A program made the position numbers and the translations under genes. 64,000 nucleotides of DNA from a virus (taxonomy: Duplodnaviria > Heunggongvirae > Uroviricota > Caudoviricetes): IMG/VR virus record IMGVR_UViG_3300033150_000619; one strand, given 5' to 3'. The notes under the pieces were generated by a model, which worked only from the letters and a program-made list of their open reading frames with translations, did not search any database and was not told where the DNA came from. Positions 9,980 through 20,753 of this stretch are shown one piece after another (within the stretch, counting starts at the first letter, position 1; each line of letters starts with the position of its first letter).

Positions 9980-10076
9980 ATGTGTTCTCCTTCGTGTTTA
10001 CTCCCTTTCGGGGCTCAACGTTAGTTGAGTGTTCAAATATACAATCCATACTAAAGACCGTTATAGTCCTTTACCC

Positions 10077-10634
10077 TCATATACCTAGCCAATCCAGAAA
10101 TATATCTGAGTATTCTATAGTCAACCCATCTCTAATGATATACTCTTCTCTGTGTCTGGTGTTGACAAGTAAATACTCTTTCTTCTTGTAGCCGCGCCCA
10201 TCCTTAGTCCTACGGGAGATAACAGCCCAGTCTTCTGATAGAATGTTACTGAGCTGTAGCTTAGTAATCATCTCCTGCCAAGCAGATAGAGTAGACTTTG
10301 ATAATATACCATTAGAATCAAAGACTAACCCATTGAATACTGAGTTACTGCCCACAGTCTGATACTTAACAAGGAGGATAGGAGTCTGATGGAGAAATCC
10401 TATCTTGTAGGCTACGTCATTGTCTGTATCTTTACAATTCCATATTTCTATCTTATAGGCAGTAGGACCCCAGTTGTCGTACTTCTTAGGACATCCATCA
10501 ACTGGTTTACAGGGACATCTCATCCAACCAATCTGGACCTGATGTGGCTCAGATTGATATATTGGAGTTCCTTCGATTGTCTCATAAGAAAACTCCTCTG
10601 ATAGAGGAATGAAGTTCTCTATGTACTTAACCAA
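10077..10634 (-). CDS. hypothetical protein
   Basis: 185 aa minus ORF. Confidence 0.4.
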   Translation of the reverse strand: MVKYIENFIPLSEEFSYETIEGTPIYQSEPHQVQIGWMRCPCKPVDGCPKKYDNWGPTAYKIEIWNCKDTDNDVAYKIGFLHQTPILLVKYQTVGSNSVFNGLVFDSNGILSKSTLSAWQEMITKLQLSNILSEDWAVISRRTKDGRGYKKKEYLLVNTRHREEYIIRDGLTIEYSDIFLDWLGI

Positions 10635-10640
10635 TTATAT

Positions 10641-11201
10641 TCACCGATATAGATTCCTGTCTGCTATGTCTGGGTATTGGTTCTTATTACACCACTGTTC
10701 GAATGCATCACCATGACCCCCGTCAAATGGATGCCAATAATATCCACCTGCGCGCATAGCCTCGGCTATGATAGAGAACTTACTTGTATCATAGTCACCT
10801 ATCATGAGGCAGGCTTCCCCGTTATCATGTTGTGAAATAGATGCACCACCAGTGAGTATTCCCTTTAAGAAAAGGCTAACGTCAAACAGCCCAGGTTTCT
10901 CCAAGGATTCTACCTTGAGTGAACTTAGAGCACTATCTGGTACTTTCTTTGCCACGAAAGAATCTCCATCGATAACGAAGTCATCAATACCTAATTTAGG
11001 TAGTCTGACTATCGTATGTCTTTCCCAGTCAGGGAGCTTATAGTCAGCATCAAAGTTGTACTTGATCAATCCTATCTCTAATTTATCTGAAGTCTGTAGT
11101 AACGCCTTAAGCTCCTCCTTCAGATCTTCTTCATTCCATTCTACCCCGAGTCTAACTATTATCTCAGAGCAGTTAGGATTGATACCCTTGCTCACCTTCA
11201 T
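10641..11201 (-). CDS. hypothetical protein
   Basis: 186 aa minus ORF, overlaps next gene by 4 nt (coupled). Confidence 0.4.
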   Translation of the reverse strand: MKVSKGINPNCSEIIVRLGVEWNEEDLKEELKALLQTSDKLEIGLIKYNFDADYKLPDWERHTIVRLPKLGIDDFVIDGDSFVAKKVPDSALSSLKVESLEKPGLFDVSLFLKGILTGGASISQHDNGEACLMIGDYDTSKFSIIAEAMRAGGYYWHPFDGGHGDAFEQWCNKNQYPDIADRNLYR

Positions 11202-11584
11202 CTTTCTAGAACTTCCCTTACGAAGTTAATCCAGCAGTTATCTGTTAGTCCTACCATGTAGCTTACCAGTTCCCTCCACTTACTTTCATTAATAACTCTG
11301 CCAGCATAGCTAATACCTTGAGAATAATACCATACCACCAATGAGTATGGTGGAAGGAACCAGTATTCTGCCGTAGCAAGCTCTCTTACAGAGAGATACA
11401 TATGATGATCTCTAAAGAGAGATAGCTTAGGATTATTGATTTTAATGTAACTCCTATTCGGGAGGGTATAGGTTGGAGAGAAGTCTTTAGGATACCACTC
11501 AGGTTTCCAACTAGGTTCCCGAACTAACTGTTCATCAGGCAATGCTCTATCAATAACCCCTATTACCTTATAGATTGATGTCAT
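11198..11584 (-). CDS. hypothetical protein
   Basis: 128 aa; 4-nt overlaps on both sides. Confidence 0.35.
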   Translation of the reverse strand: MTSIYKVIGVIDRALPDEQLVREPSWKPEWYPKDFSPTYTLPNRSYIKINNPKLSLFRDHHMYLSVRELATAEYWFLPPYSLVVWYYSQGISYAGRVINESKWRELVSYMVGLTDNCWINFVREVLER

Positions 11585-12027
11585 ATCAAGTCCAGTCTCT
11601 CTAGCCTTTCCTTAGCTGACCTTCTGCTCAGAATCTTACTAGATAGTTTCTGGAACTCCTCCTTTAGTTCGGGAGTTATACCATCCTCCATGTCCCATAG
11701 GACAAATGTAAGTCTGGCTATGGTTTCATCTGTGGTATAGTCGTACATAGAATCTTCATTAAGGACTTTGTACCCTCTAAGTTCCTTTAGATTCTCTAGA
11801 ATATCGTGCTCTTCCCTAGGAACTTCTAGCTTCAGCTTCTCTATTTCCTCATCAGATAGTTCTAGTATAAGTTCTATCTGTCTTAGAAAGGACTCAGGGT
11901 TATGGCGTGATGGCTTTAGTTCACCAACGACTTTCCACTTTAGCGGATTGCCATTATGATCTCTGGTCATCTTATCCCAAAGGATGTCTCCTTCTTTTAA
12001 GGCTTGTACTTCTTCTCTACTCTTCAT
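11581..12027 (-). CDS. hypothetical protein
   Basis: 148 aa, charged and coiled-coil-like. Confidence 0.4.
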   Translation of the reverse strand: MKSREEVQALKEGDILWDKMTRDHNGNPLKWKVVGELKPSRHNPESFLRQIELILELSDEEIEKLKLEVPREEHDILENLKELRGYKVLNEDSMYDYTTDETIARLTFVLWDMEDGITPELKEEFQKLSSKILSRRSAKERLERLDLI

Positions 12028-12383
12028 CTTAAATCCACCTGGACAGAGAGCCTTTAACGAGGCTGCATCAACAACATCTTCCTCCTCACTGTAGTCTCGC
12101 AGTTAACGATTTGTTTGGACAGCTAGGGAATCCCCTATCCAATAAATTCACACCGTGGGGAACTTAGATAACTCTGGTGGATCGTAGAGTCCGACAGACA
12201 CCTTTCTCCATGTGCTTTAACCACACAGGTCTATACGGTTTCTTGTGAGACCTTGGTTTAGGCTGTGGTTTAGCCGCTACCAATGGATCTATGACAACCG
12301 TATGGTTGGTGCCTGCTTCTTCATCCACTACTCGCAGTTCTATTTTCATTTACCTTCCTCACTTGATAGTCTATCTCAGCAGG

Positions 12384-13034
12384 TTAGAGATTACAACTTG
12401 AGTCTGGTCCAACGTTGAGAGGCTCATCAACCTCAGGTACCTTCATCTTGGGCAATTGCTCAGCTATACTCAGTGTAGTGTCTATAGCCCACTCTAATGA
12501 GTGACCAAGGGGCATCGGTAGATCAACTTTGTGTACATCATCTTCTACCTCATCCTTTAGCCTCTTAGCCCTTACACTAACTGCAACATACCCAAGGAGC
12601 ATGGTCTTTATCGCATTGCAAAACTCGATAGTGATACTGCCATCATCATTATAGTGTTCTTCCGTATAGTACTGTGTAATTTTACTGAGCCACTTGCGAA
12701 TAAATCCTATGAGCTCTTCCTGAGACCATTCTTCAATGTCTATATTCCAAGGTTTTAATCCCATAGAGTCCACTTCTCTACGAGAGTAGCCTGAGTCAGA
12801 TAATATGTCATAGAACATATCTTCTCTAACCTTGTTCTCATCAAGAGGTCGATTGACCATCTGCCTCAGCTGGGCAAAGATATCTCCCTTCTCTTCTTCG
12901 CTTAGCTGGGAGAAAGCCTCCCTTGCTTTCTCTTCCTCAGTAGGTTCTTCATCAATGGTGAAGTCCCAAGGGTCTATATCATCTTCTGGACTGTTCATTT
13001 CTTTTAAACTCCTTAGCCTTCTCTTCACTTTCAA
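12384..13034 (-). CDS. acidic hypothetical protein
   Basis: 216 aa, Asp/Glu-rich N-terminus. Confidence 0.4.
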   Translation of the reverse strand: MKVKRRLRSLKEMNSPEDDIDPWDFTIDEEPTEEEKAREAFSQLSEEEKGDIFAQLRQMVNRPLDENKVREDMFYDILSDSGYSRREVDSMGLKPWNIDIEEWSQEELIGFIRKWLSKITQYYTEEHYNDDGSITIEFCNAIKTMLLGYVAVSVRAKRLKDEVEDDVHKVDLPMPLGHSLEWAIDTTLSIAEQLPKMKVPEVDEPLNVGPDSSCNL

Positions 13035-13422
13035 AGTACACGAATCTTCTATTATAGTCTACAGCCGACAGACTCTGTATTGTCCTGGCTTTATACTTAT
13101 TGATAAGGTCTATTGCACGACTTAGATCTAAGTGATTTAACTCATCTTTACCGAAGGGTAGTTGTACAATCACATAGTATGATGTATTGTACTTCTTCCA
13201 ATATCTGGACGTGCGTGTGAATCCAATGTCAGTGACCTTGGGGAGGTCCATATAGAATTCTATCTCGTCATCTTTATAGATCGGGGAAGCTTCATCCCAT
13301 ATGGATTCAATAGCTGTTGATGTACAGACCACTATAGGGCATAGCCAGTCCAGGTCTATTACATCACACACTACATACGGAAGCAGATTAATAGAGAAAA
13401 CTGGTTCATCATAGGGACTCAC
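12979..13422 (-). CDS. hypothetical protein
   Basis: 147 aa; contains palindrome copy 13120-13133 encoding HLDLSR. Confidence 0.4.
   Translation of the reverse strand: MSPYDEPVFSINLLPYVVCDVIDLDWLCPIVVCTSTAIESIWDEASPIYKDDEIEFYMDLPKVTDIGFTRTSRYWKKYNTSYYVIVQLPFGKDELNHLDLSRAIDLINKYKARTIQSLSAVDYNRRFVYFESEEKAKEFKRNEQSRR
13120..13133. repeat. dispersed palindrome ACTTAGATCTAAGT copy
   Basis: Exact 14-mer; inside 12979..13422 (codes LDLS). Confidence 0.95.
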
Positions 13423-13437
13423 AATAACACATCCTAA

Positions 13438-13866
13438 TCAGAACTTATCACCAGGTCCACTGTACCCACACTTAGGACATGTTGCAGTATAACCATACAC
13501 CGGCCTATTATCTATCCAGTCCACTTCCTCCTCCTCAAATGCAAGAGGAATGTATACCCATTTAAGACGTACTCCATTTCTTTCGAAGATATACTTACGT
13601 ATGAATTCACGATCTCGGGTTTGTATAGCTCTCTCTACTGAAGAAAGAATATATCCAGATGAATTCACGTGATTGACGAGTCTAGGTCTCAGTGAGAGAA
13701 TCCATTCTATATCTGAGATATTTAACGCACTCGCTTTCCAATGATCATCGGGCTGTTCTATCTTATTTCGTAACCAGCCCATCATGCCGGATGGCATGAG
13801 TCGACTATCCCTCATATCTTCTAGCTCAGACGTATATCCACATTTATCACACTTGAAGATGAGCAC
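13438..13866 (-). CDS. protein with zinc ribbons at both termini
   Basis: 142 aa; N-terminal CDKCGY and C-terminal CPKCGY CxxC pairs. Confidence 0.4.
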   Translation of the reverse strand: MLIFKCDKCGYTSELEDMRDSRLMPSGMMGWLRNKIEQPDDHWKASALNISDIEWILSLRPRLVNHVNSSGYILSSVERAIQTRDREFIRKYIFERNGVRLKWVYIPLAFEEEEVDWIDNRPVYGYTATCPKCGYSGPGDKF

Positions 13867-13907
13867 TTTAATACCTCAGACAGTGAATTATAGGCTATGT
13901 ATAGGTT

Positions 13908-15671
13908 TCACTTACTGACCTGCGCCTTGTACATATCCTTTATCTTGATTATGGTATCTATGTCCTGTACTTTCTTATCCCATCTAATCCTAACCAACCT
14001 AGGACTTCTAAGTGAGAAGCCACTGCTGTACTGGTTGCTCTGGATTATTTCATAGGTAATAACCTCTACAACCAACTCCGGCTTAACACGGACTCCTTCT
14101 TTATCTTTAGAAAGAACAGTCAGAGACCTAGCTATTACTTCTAGGTCTGACTCAGATAGATTAGAGAAGTCACCTATCTCATAGAGAGTCTTCTTGGAGG
14201 GATGCTTCACTGCCAACCTAAAACTGGAGTAAACACCGGACTTCCTGCCGTGACCGTACTTAGCTTTGACGATGACTGCATCTATTGTATCTGTATTCTT
14301 CTTGAGTTTCATCCATGAGTTACTTCTCTTAGAGGGATAATACTTACCGTCTAGGTCCTTTACCATTATTCCTTCTTTACCCTTCTCAACCATAGAGTCG
14401 TAGTAAGCCATAAGTTCCTGTGGAGAGTTGAAGTAGTCTCCTTCTACAACTATCTCAGCCGGGAATATTGTATTGAGCTTACGGAACCTAGATCTAAAGT
14501 CCCAGTTAAGCATAGGGTGACCATCACAATACAATAGGTCGAATACTCTGATCTCTAAGTTCTCAGCACCATTGGTCAGGGCACTATGTGTGTCTCCTAT
14601 TGGCAGCTTCTCCCCATCAGAACCTCGAGCCATGAACTCGAACTCTGCTATGAAGGAAGTGGCACCAGTTACCTGCTTGAAGACGTTAGTTACATAACCT
14701 GCATCTGTAAAGGGAATACCATTCTGTAGGTGTCCGGTCCTCGAGAAGAATGCTATATTGTCTCCTGACTTATGGACTTGGATTCTGGCACCGTCATACT
14801 TCACATCTGCACGGCATGGGTACCTAACTCTTCCCGAATCAAATAGTTGAGCCAACATACAATTGATGAATGTACCTGGGACTATCTTCACATTATTGAG
14901 GGCATTATCCCCCTGCTGGGCAATGAGTAAGCCCTCAATCGTACCACGGAGCAAACACACATTGCTGAGTGTGTCCGCATTTACCCCAGCATATTCTCCA
15001 ACAGCAGAGATTATAGTCTCTGTGTTCAGACCCAGGTACACTCTCTTTCTCAACAACCAGGCGATATACTTAGCTTCTTCTTTCGTAGCTACTTCGAACA
15101 GTGAAACGATAGCACTGATCTTCTTGTGTGTCCCACTGGTCTCAGCTATCAGGTTGATTGAGTGATATACTTCATCTGCCAGCAGAGTTTCTTTGTCTCT
15201 GTCTTTAGCTAGGAAATAGGCTATGTCACCAATATCCCCATAGTCCTCTATGAGACTGTTCATCTCATTCCTACTCTTGTTAGATAGGATACGTAGGGCA
15301 TCTATTATTCTCTCATATCCTACGCCTATGGGCTTGTTCGACAGCTCACCCATTAGGAATTGAATCTTCTCTTTGTACGGTAAGGGTACTTCCCTAAGAA
15401 ATCTAATAGATTCTGTCCTCTTCCCCTTCAGGCTCTTTCTATCAGTGATAGCCTTATAGTGATTGATTATCTCACTGAACAGATACTTAGATCTAAGTGC
15501 TCTGCCTGAGCCGTATATCATGACCCAATGAAGGGGTAGGTTATACTCCCTAGAGATTTCCATCTCTGAGTATCCATTCTTCTTGAGTTCTTCAATAGCT
15601 CCTCTTAGGCTACCCTTCATCTTTAAGTAGTCTTCCAGAGAGGGCTTCTCTACAATACTCATAAGCGTCAA
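13908..15671 (-). CDS. lig: ATP-dependent DNA ligase
   Basis: 587 aa; ligase motif I ADVKYDGARIQV, motif IV EGIMVK, motif V WMKLKK; the size and an N-terminal domain resemble archaeal/eukaryotic-type Lig. Confidence 0.85.
   Translation of the reverse strand: MTLMSIVEKPSLEDYLKMKGSLRGAIEELKKNGYSEMEISREYNLPLHWVMIYGSGRALRSKYLFSEIINHYKAITDRKSLKGKRTESIRFLREVPLPYKEKIQFLMGELSNKPIGVGYERIIDALRILSNKSRNEMNSLIEDYGDIGDIAYFLAKDRDKETLLADEVYHSINLIAETSGTHKKISAIVSLFEVATKEEAKYIAWLLRKRVYLGLNTETIISAVGEYAGVNADTLSNVCLLRGTIEGLLIAQQGDNALNNVKIVPGTFINCMLAQLFDSGRVRYPCRADVKYDGARIQVHKSGDNIAFFSRTGHLQNGIPFTDAGYVTNVFKQVTGATSFIAEFEFMARGSDGEKLPIGDTHSALTNGAENLEIRVFDLLYCDGHPMLNWDFRSRFRKLNTIFPAEIVVEGDYFNSPQELMAYYDSMVEKGKEGIMVKDLDGKYYPSKRSNSWMKLKKNTDTIDAVIVKAKYGHGRKSGVYSSFRLAVKHPSKKTLYEIGDFSNLSESDLEVIARSLTVLSKDKEGVRVKPELVVEVITYEIIQSNQYSSGFSLRSPRLVRIRWDKKVQDIDTIIKIKDMYKAQVSK
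15485..15498. repeat. dispersed palindrome ACTTAGATCTAAGT copy
   Basis: Exact 14-mer; inside the DNA ligase gene (codes ALRSKY). Confidence 0.95.
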
Positions 15672-15858
15672 CTTCTACTTCATGTATCCAGTAAAAAAGA
15701 CTATAGCCAGGATAGTAATGCCTTATCTTACTCCACCTATGGTGATCCCATAATTCCTTATCTATTAAGAAGGTTGCAGATGCGGGTATGTCAACTGGGA
15801 ACTCCGATAGTATTCCAGGTATATCAAATGTCTCAATCTCCCATACGTATTTGTACAA
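15610..15858 (-). CDS. hypothetical protein
   Basis: 82 aa; overlaps the ligase start by 62 nt. Confidence 0.3.
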   Translation of the reverse strand: MYKYVWEIETFDIPGILSEFPVDIPASATFLIDKELWDHHRWSKIRHYYPGYSLFYWIHEVEVDAYEYCREALSGRLLKDEG

Positions 15859-16216
15859 AGATAACCCCCTTATGAAATAGTTGGTATCCTATGAAATACT
15901 GGCTTAGGTCGCTCTAGACTCCCTTCAGATAACTTATAATCAACTTCAATATCTATTACCGTAATTCTTTCACTATAGTAGCGAAGCTTATTGAGAGACT
16001 GCATTACGAGATAGTTCCACCTCACTTCACGAGACCATCCGAGTGTCATACCCTTTCTCACGGTAGTAATCATCTACTGCGTCAACGTCATAAGTATTTG
16101 CAAAGTACTGGTATCTTTCACCTTCTCCATATGGGTAAATCTTCTCTAGGTGGCATACTCTAACTGATAGGAAAATGGAACTGGTCCAATGAGACATTAT
16201 CTTTCCGTAATTATCT

Positions 16217-16921
16217 CTATTTGAGGTACTTAACTGATTCATCTATTGGGTCATCTACGTAACCTTGCTTCCACAGGAGATATCTATACAACTCATCCTT
16301 GGTTGGTTCTCTGTTGGAGATAGATTGAGTCATATCATAGAGCATATTATACTCTGGTGCAGGTGTATGTATGAATCCAGCTCCCTCACCCTTCAACCAA
16401 GCGAATGTAGTATTAAACAATGCAGGCTTCTTCATCCTATCTAGTTCCATAGCAGACAGTAGCTTAATCTGTGTCTTACCAAGATATCCCTCTGTAAAGT
16501 TCTTATCAAACTTGTTTGTGGGTGCTGACCTAAACAATAGGAAATCAAAGTTGGTACGTATACTAGGGTCACAGCCATAGAACCTATGAAGTCCCAGTAA
16601 TGTAATAACTATACCATCTTTCCTGCCGGTAGCTTCTTCAATAACGTGCCTGATTCTAAAGTATCTGGATATATCAGCTTTCTTAGTATCCGACAGAGTT
16701 AAGTCATCTAAGAATAGGAAGTTTACTAATGTACCCCTAACACCTGATAATAGAGTTCCTAAGTCTGCACTGCAGGAAACTGCATTGACGTTCCTAGCTC
16801 CGTACTTCTCACATAGCCTATCTGCCATCCACCTAGCAACTAATGTCTTACCACTGCCTGGTCTTCCTAGGACTATACCCTGAAACTGCCTAATATGATT
16901 TAGATTGTACCCTACCTCCAA
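16217..16921 (-). CDS. P-loop NTPase
   Basis: 234 aa; Walker A GRPGSGKT, Walker B-like LFLDDL. Confidence 0.55.
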   Translation of the reverse strand: MEVGYNLNHIRQFQGIVLGRPGSGKTLVARWMADRLCEKYGARNVNAVSCSADLGTLLSGVRGTLVNFLFLDDLTLSDTKKADISRYFRIRHVIEEATGRKDGIVITLLGLHRFYGCDPSIRTNFDFLLFRSAPTNKFDKNFTEGYLGKTQIKLLSAMELDRMKKPALFNTTFAWLKGEGAGFIHTPAPEYNMLYDMTQSISNREPTKDELYRYLLWKQGYVDDPIDESVKYLK

Positions 16922-17079
16922 CGTAGGGACTAAATATTCAGGATCAAGAAATATAGTATCTATAAACTGCTTCTCTATATCTTTCGTATCTTATACCCCA
17001 TTATGTAATAGGGGATGGGCGTTGCTTCCTTTTAAATGATAGACTGACTGTAATTGCTTTACGTATATTCAAGGATATG

Positions 17080-17424
17080 TCAATCAACATATACTATCTC
17101 GATATCATCTGCTGTCATGCCTGCAGTTAGAAGGTTATTAACTATATATCTCCTGATGGCTGTATCGATATCCAGCTTCTCTAAGTACCTGAGAAGTGGA
17201 GAGTCTAATACATAGTTGGCTGTGTACGAGTCTATACCGGTCTTAGTTCGATATACCTTGGGATGATCATCTACTCTAAACTTAATGTCCCACTGCACAT
17301 CATTGGAATAGGTATCTCGGACATTAACTCGCTTAAAACCTACTATAGTTATCTTGACTTCAACCTTCTTATAATCCCTAGAGGGCTTAATGAGTCTGTC
17401 CCTTGAGCGCAGTATTTTCCACAT
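17080..17424 (-). CDS. hypothetical protein
   Basis: 114 aa minus ORF. Confidence 0.35.
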   Translation of the reverse strand: MWKILRSRDRLIKPSRDYKKVEVKITIVGFKRVNVRDTYSNDVQWDIKFRVDDHPKVYRTKTGIDSYTANYVLDSPLLRYLEKLDIDTAIRRYIVNNLLTAGMTADDIEIVYVD

Positions 17425-17723
17425 TACTGATCTTCTTCCTTTCTTCTATTCGATGAAGTCCCAGGTAACTGTGCTAGGCTGTCCATACTACGGAATCTTT
17501 CCCTATATTCGTTTAGAAGTATTGAATATGGTTCCCCGTCACACTGATTACATCCTAAGCATTTATCAGGATCGTCACTGAGACAGAACTCCTCTAATTT
17601 ATCAACAGATACTCGATGATAGGTCTCAATAAACCGACCGACCATATCCTTTCCTTTGAACATTGATAATAAAATAAACAGGTTATCCTAGGGGACACCT
17701 GCATTGGGGATACGATTGCTATT

Positions 17724-18695
17724 CTAATTCTCAAGTAATCTCAGGAATCCGTCACTGGTGATGTCTACTGGCTTTCTTTCTCTGTCAAAGTTACATAGAC
17801 GACAATCCATGATCTTGATCATGCGGACGTATGTCCCCCTCTTACCCAGTTCTTTTATCTGGTCAGAGTGGTATGTCCTACCATAATCTACTAGGATAGT
17901 GCCGTCTACAGCGTGTGCAATAGCATGACCACCAGCCATCTCATAGGCATCCCAAGTTTCCTTGGTACGCTGGTTCACCATGATAGCAGTTATTCCATGC
18001 TCCTGGTTGAACCTACATATTTCCATAACTCGGAACTTGAGGGCACCACGTGTGTCCTCAAGCATAGTTATAGAGTCTATGAGACTTAGCTTGATGCCAT
18101 ACTTCTGGCATACATACCTGTATGTTTCAGCAAAGTCCTTCCATTGACGGAGATCCGGATTGCTTACAGCATCCAACACAAACAGGTTGTCTTGAATAAC
18201 TGTCCAATCAAGTTCCAGTATGTCTGACTTAACCTTGAGGCGTGACTGTAGATCGAACCTCTCCGATTCAGTTTCAAATACATCCTCGGACGTAACCAGT
18301 AGTGTTGGGGTACCACCAGCAGCAGACTTCAATGCTATCTCTGATATTAGGATAGACTTACCTGAACCTGCCAGGCCGGTCATAGCCATCTGTGCTGTCT
18401 TAGGTACTCCGTTGATGCTGCTTCCCTTATGGTCGAGAAACATAGTATCTAAGAGAGTACCTGTAGGTATACCTTCAAGTTTCTTGAAGGAGAAGTCAAC
18501 GGCTTTGGGCTTAGATATCCTAGACTCGTAGTCTGCTAATCCTACTTCATCACCAAGTATGATATCGGATTGCATGGGTTCTTCGGCTAATTCCCACTCA
18601 TCAGTAGATGGTGTAGGTGGTTGTATCTGTCCTTGTTGTACCATTTGCATAGCCATAGCCATAGCTTTAGCCATGTCTTCAGGGTTCATACTCAT
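17724..18695 (-). CDS. KaiC/RadA-like RecA-superfamily ATPase
   Basis: 323 aa; Walker A GLAGSGKS, Walker B LIDSITML, GITAIMVNQ and C-terminal VRMIKIMDCR...F pattern typical of COG0467 KaiC-like ATPases. Confidence 0.65.
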   Translation of the reverse strand: MSMNPEDMAKAMAMAMQMVQQGQIQPPTPSTDEWELAEEPMQSDIILGDEVGLADYESRISKPKAVDFSFKKLEGIPTGTLLDTMFLDHKGSSINGVPKTAQMAMTGLAGSGKSILISEIALKSAAGGTPTLLVTSEDVFETESERFDLQSRLKVKSDILELDWTVIQDNLFVLDAVSNPDLRQWKDFAETYRYVCQKYGIKLSLIDSITMLEDTRGALKFRVMEICRFNQEHGITAIMVNQRTKETWDAYEMAGGHAIAHAVDGTILVDYGRTYHSDQIKELGKRGTYVRMIKIMDCRLCNFDRERKPVDITSDGFLRLLEN

Positions 18696-19307
18696 TGTTA
18701 TGATCTCCTTGGACTGTAATATATTATGAATAGAATCTACTTATAGAGGACAAAGGTCTCCCTAGTGTATCTCCCACAAATAACTCTTATCCCTGTAGGT
18801 CTTTCCTTCCCATCGAAAGGCATTGTCCCTTGGACACCAAGTTAGTATGAGATTGGACTTGCACCATAATACTGCCCATAACTGCTCCTCATCAGTAGGA
18901 GTATACTTCATCTCACAGTACCTTATGAGCTTAGGTATCTCAATCTTAGATTGTAACTTAAATGCTTCTACGCAGGACTCAAGTATCGATTGTTCATTCT
19001 GGTCCCTTAATTGACATATAGACATAGACATCTCCTAGAGTGGTATCTCCTGCAACCAGAGAGCTGTCCAGTCCCCTCCGTCGAGCAGAGGGATTTGTTC
19101 CACTCACACACCAAGGAGAGCTACCATTATCATATCCCACATAGCTACACAATATGGTTATACTGGACTTGTATGAGGTAGCCATACTCACTGTCTCATT
19201 ACATGGGTACAAGCCACATAAATCAGCAACAGATTGTATTTGTTGGTGCCCATTCGGTCCGGCTGTTTCAGGTACCACTCTTATCTATTAATCCCCTGTA
19301 TCTTCTC

Positions 19308-19646
19308 CTAATAAATGTTAAAGCTGTAGACTGTTTGCCATGAGAACTTATCTAAGATTGACTGAGGTGGATTCCATATAACATTGGGACTTAGATCTAA
19401 GTAATCCCAATGAGCTATTGTTTTCCTCCCCTCAATATACCTAATCTTTTCCTTTAGAGCGCGGATATCATAGGAATTTAGGCTAGCAATGCCAGCGATG
19501 TATAGTGATTCTATCTGCCATACTCGACAGAGTGTTAGATACTTGGGATGAAGGGGCAGACAGCCATCAGCCTTACTTATTTCCATTACCCTCAGGGTCA
19601 ACTTATCCATATATGGAAAGTGAACCTTACTCGAAGAATGACTCAT
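19308..19646 (-). CDS. hypothetical protein
   Basis: 112 aa; contains palindrome copy 19389-19402 encoding DYLDLSPN. Confidence 0.35.
   Translation of the reverse strand: MSHSSSKVHFPYMDKLTLRVMEISKADGCLPLHPKYLTLCRVWQIESLYIAGIASLNSYDIRALKEKIRYIEGRKTIAHWDYLDLSPNVIWNPPQSILDKFSWQTVYSFNIY
19389..19402. repeat. dispersed palindrome ACTTAGATCTAAGT copy
   Basis: Exact 14-mer; inside 19308..19646 (codes LDLS). Confidence 0.95.
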
Positions 19647-19854
19647 CTACAGCAATGTCCTGCGATCCACATACTATACAGACAGCCTCGAAGTCTCTGC
19701 CAGTATCTGCCCACTCTATGACCTGGGGAACCCTACCATCTCTATAACTTATTTCTAATCTAGACTCGTTAAAGAATACATCGAAATCCTTGGTATTACC
19801 ACATTCTAGACAGATAAGTGTCGGCTTATCCGCGTTCATGTTGTACTTGGTCAT
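19627..19854 (-). CDS. zinc-ribbon protein
   Basis: 75 aa; CLECGN ... CIVCGS. Confidence 0.4.
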   Translation of the reverse strand: MTKYNMNADKPTLICLECGNTKDFDVFFNESRLEISYRDGRVPQVIEWADTGRDFEAVCIVCGSQDIAVDESFFE

Positions 19855-19882
19855 TACAAAGAAAACCGGTGTACTGAGATAT

Positions 19883-20203
19883 TTAAGTTATCTCCTCTAT
19901 GGAGATAACCTTCTTATGAACTCCTGGTTCGTATATTATCTTATAGAGATGCCCCGGTAGGATCTCATGATGACCCTCAAACCAGAATATCGCATCTCCT
20001 CCAATATACAGAACAGTAGTGAAATCATTATTCCACCGTACGCACTTAGGTATTATGAACATTATCTCAGTCTCTTGGGTTGTCGTACTAGGAAACAACG
20101 ATGGTGTCCCTGCCATTGTTATTCCTGTCACCACAATAACAAGTATTATCACTGCGTAGTGTAGATAAGACCACCTAGGTCTCCTTAACTTCTTCAGTTT
20201 CAA
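19883..20203 (-). CDS. small membrane-anchored protein
   Basis: 106 aa; basic N-terminus followed by one TM helix (AVIILVIVVTGITMA). Confidence 0.4.
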   Translation of the reverse strand: MKLKKLRRPRWSYLHYAVIILVIVVTGITMAGTPSLFPSTTTQETEIMFIIPKCVRWNNDFTTVLYIGGDAIFWFEGHHEILPGHLYKIIYEPGVHKKVISIEEIT

Positions 20204-20609
20204 CTTCAGCCAATCCTACTAGATTTGTGCTTGAGCGCAAGCTGAAAAGGAACGACTGCGCCTGGTATATAATCCATACGAACTTAGTGTACAGTGTCGG
20301 AGATAATCCCATATAGTCATACCACCATATCTGAAGTACAACGTACTCATAAATCCAGTAGTATAATAGGAAGCCAGCAAATGGCACGTGACCTATATGA
20401 GCTAATGCAAACGCAACGTAAGGAAGTAATAGAACTGCTACTATTGATTTCAATGGATAGAAGAACAACCCGATCAATCCAAAGAACAGCTGGATCAATA
20501 CAAGTCCTATTGTCCGTCTGCGTCTGCTAGATAATCCCTCTATATATTCAGCTATCTCATCTTCTGACATCTTCTTCATCTTCAGGTAATTGAACGCTAT
20601 CTGACTCAT
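20175..20609 (-). CDS. multi-pass membrane protein
   Basis: 144 aa with three or four hydrophobic helices. Confidence 0.45.
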   Translation of the reverse strand: MSQIAFNYLKMKKMSEDEIAEYIEGLSSRRRRTIGLVLIQLFFGLIGLFFYPLKSIVAVLLLPYVAFALAHIGHVPFAGFLLYYWIYEYVVLQIWWYDYMGLSPTLYTKFVWIIYQAQSFLFSLRSSTNLVGLAEVETEEVKET

Positions 20610-20753
20610 CTGGAACTAGGTTTGATATTCCCATCAGATAATTAACTAAGGGCTTGAACTCAGGGAAATCCGCTAGAGTGGTCTGCTTCACCCTTTCTTC
20701 AGGTTCCATAGTCTACACTAACCTTAGAATACAGCAGTCTTGCTACTGCTATC

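Noticed and set aside
9354-10028. 224-aa plus-strand ORF
   Set aside because: Lies fully antisense to the well-supported AAA_5 ATPase gene; Ser/Leu-rich low-complexity translation typical of the reverse frame of an AT-rich gene.
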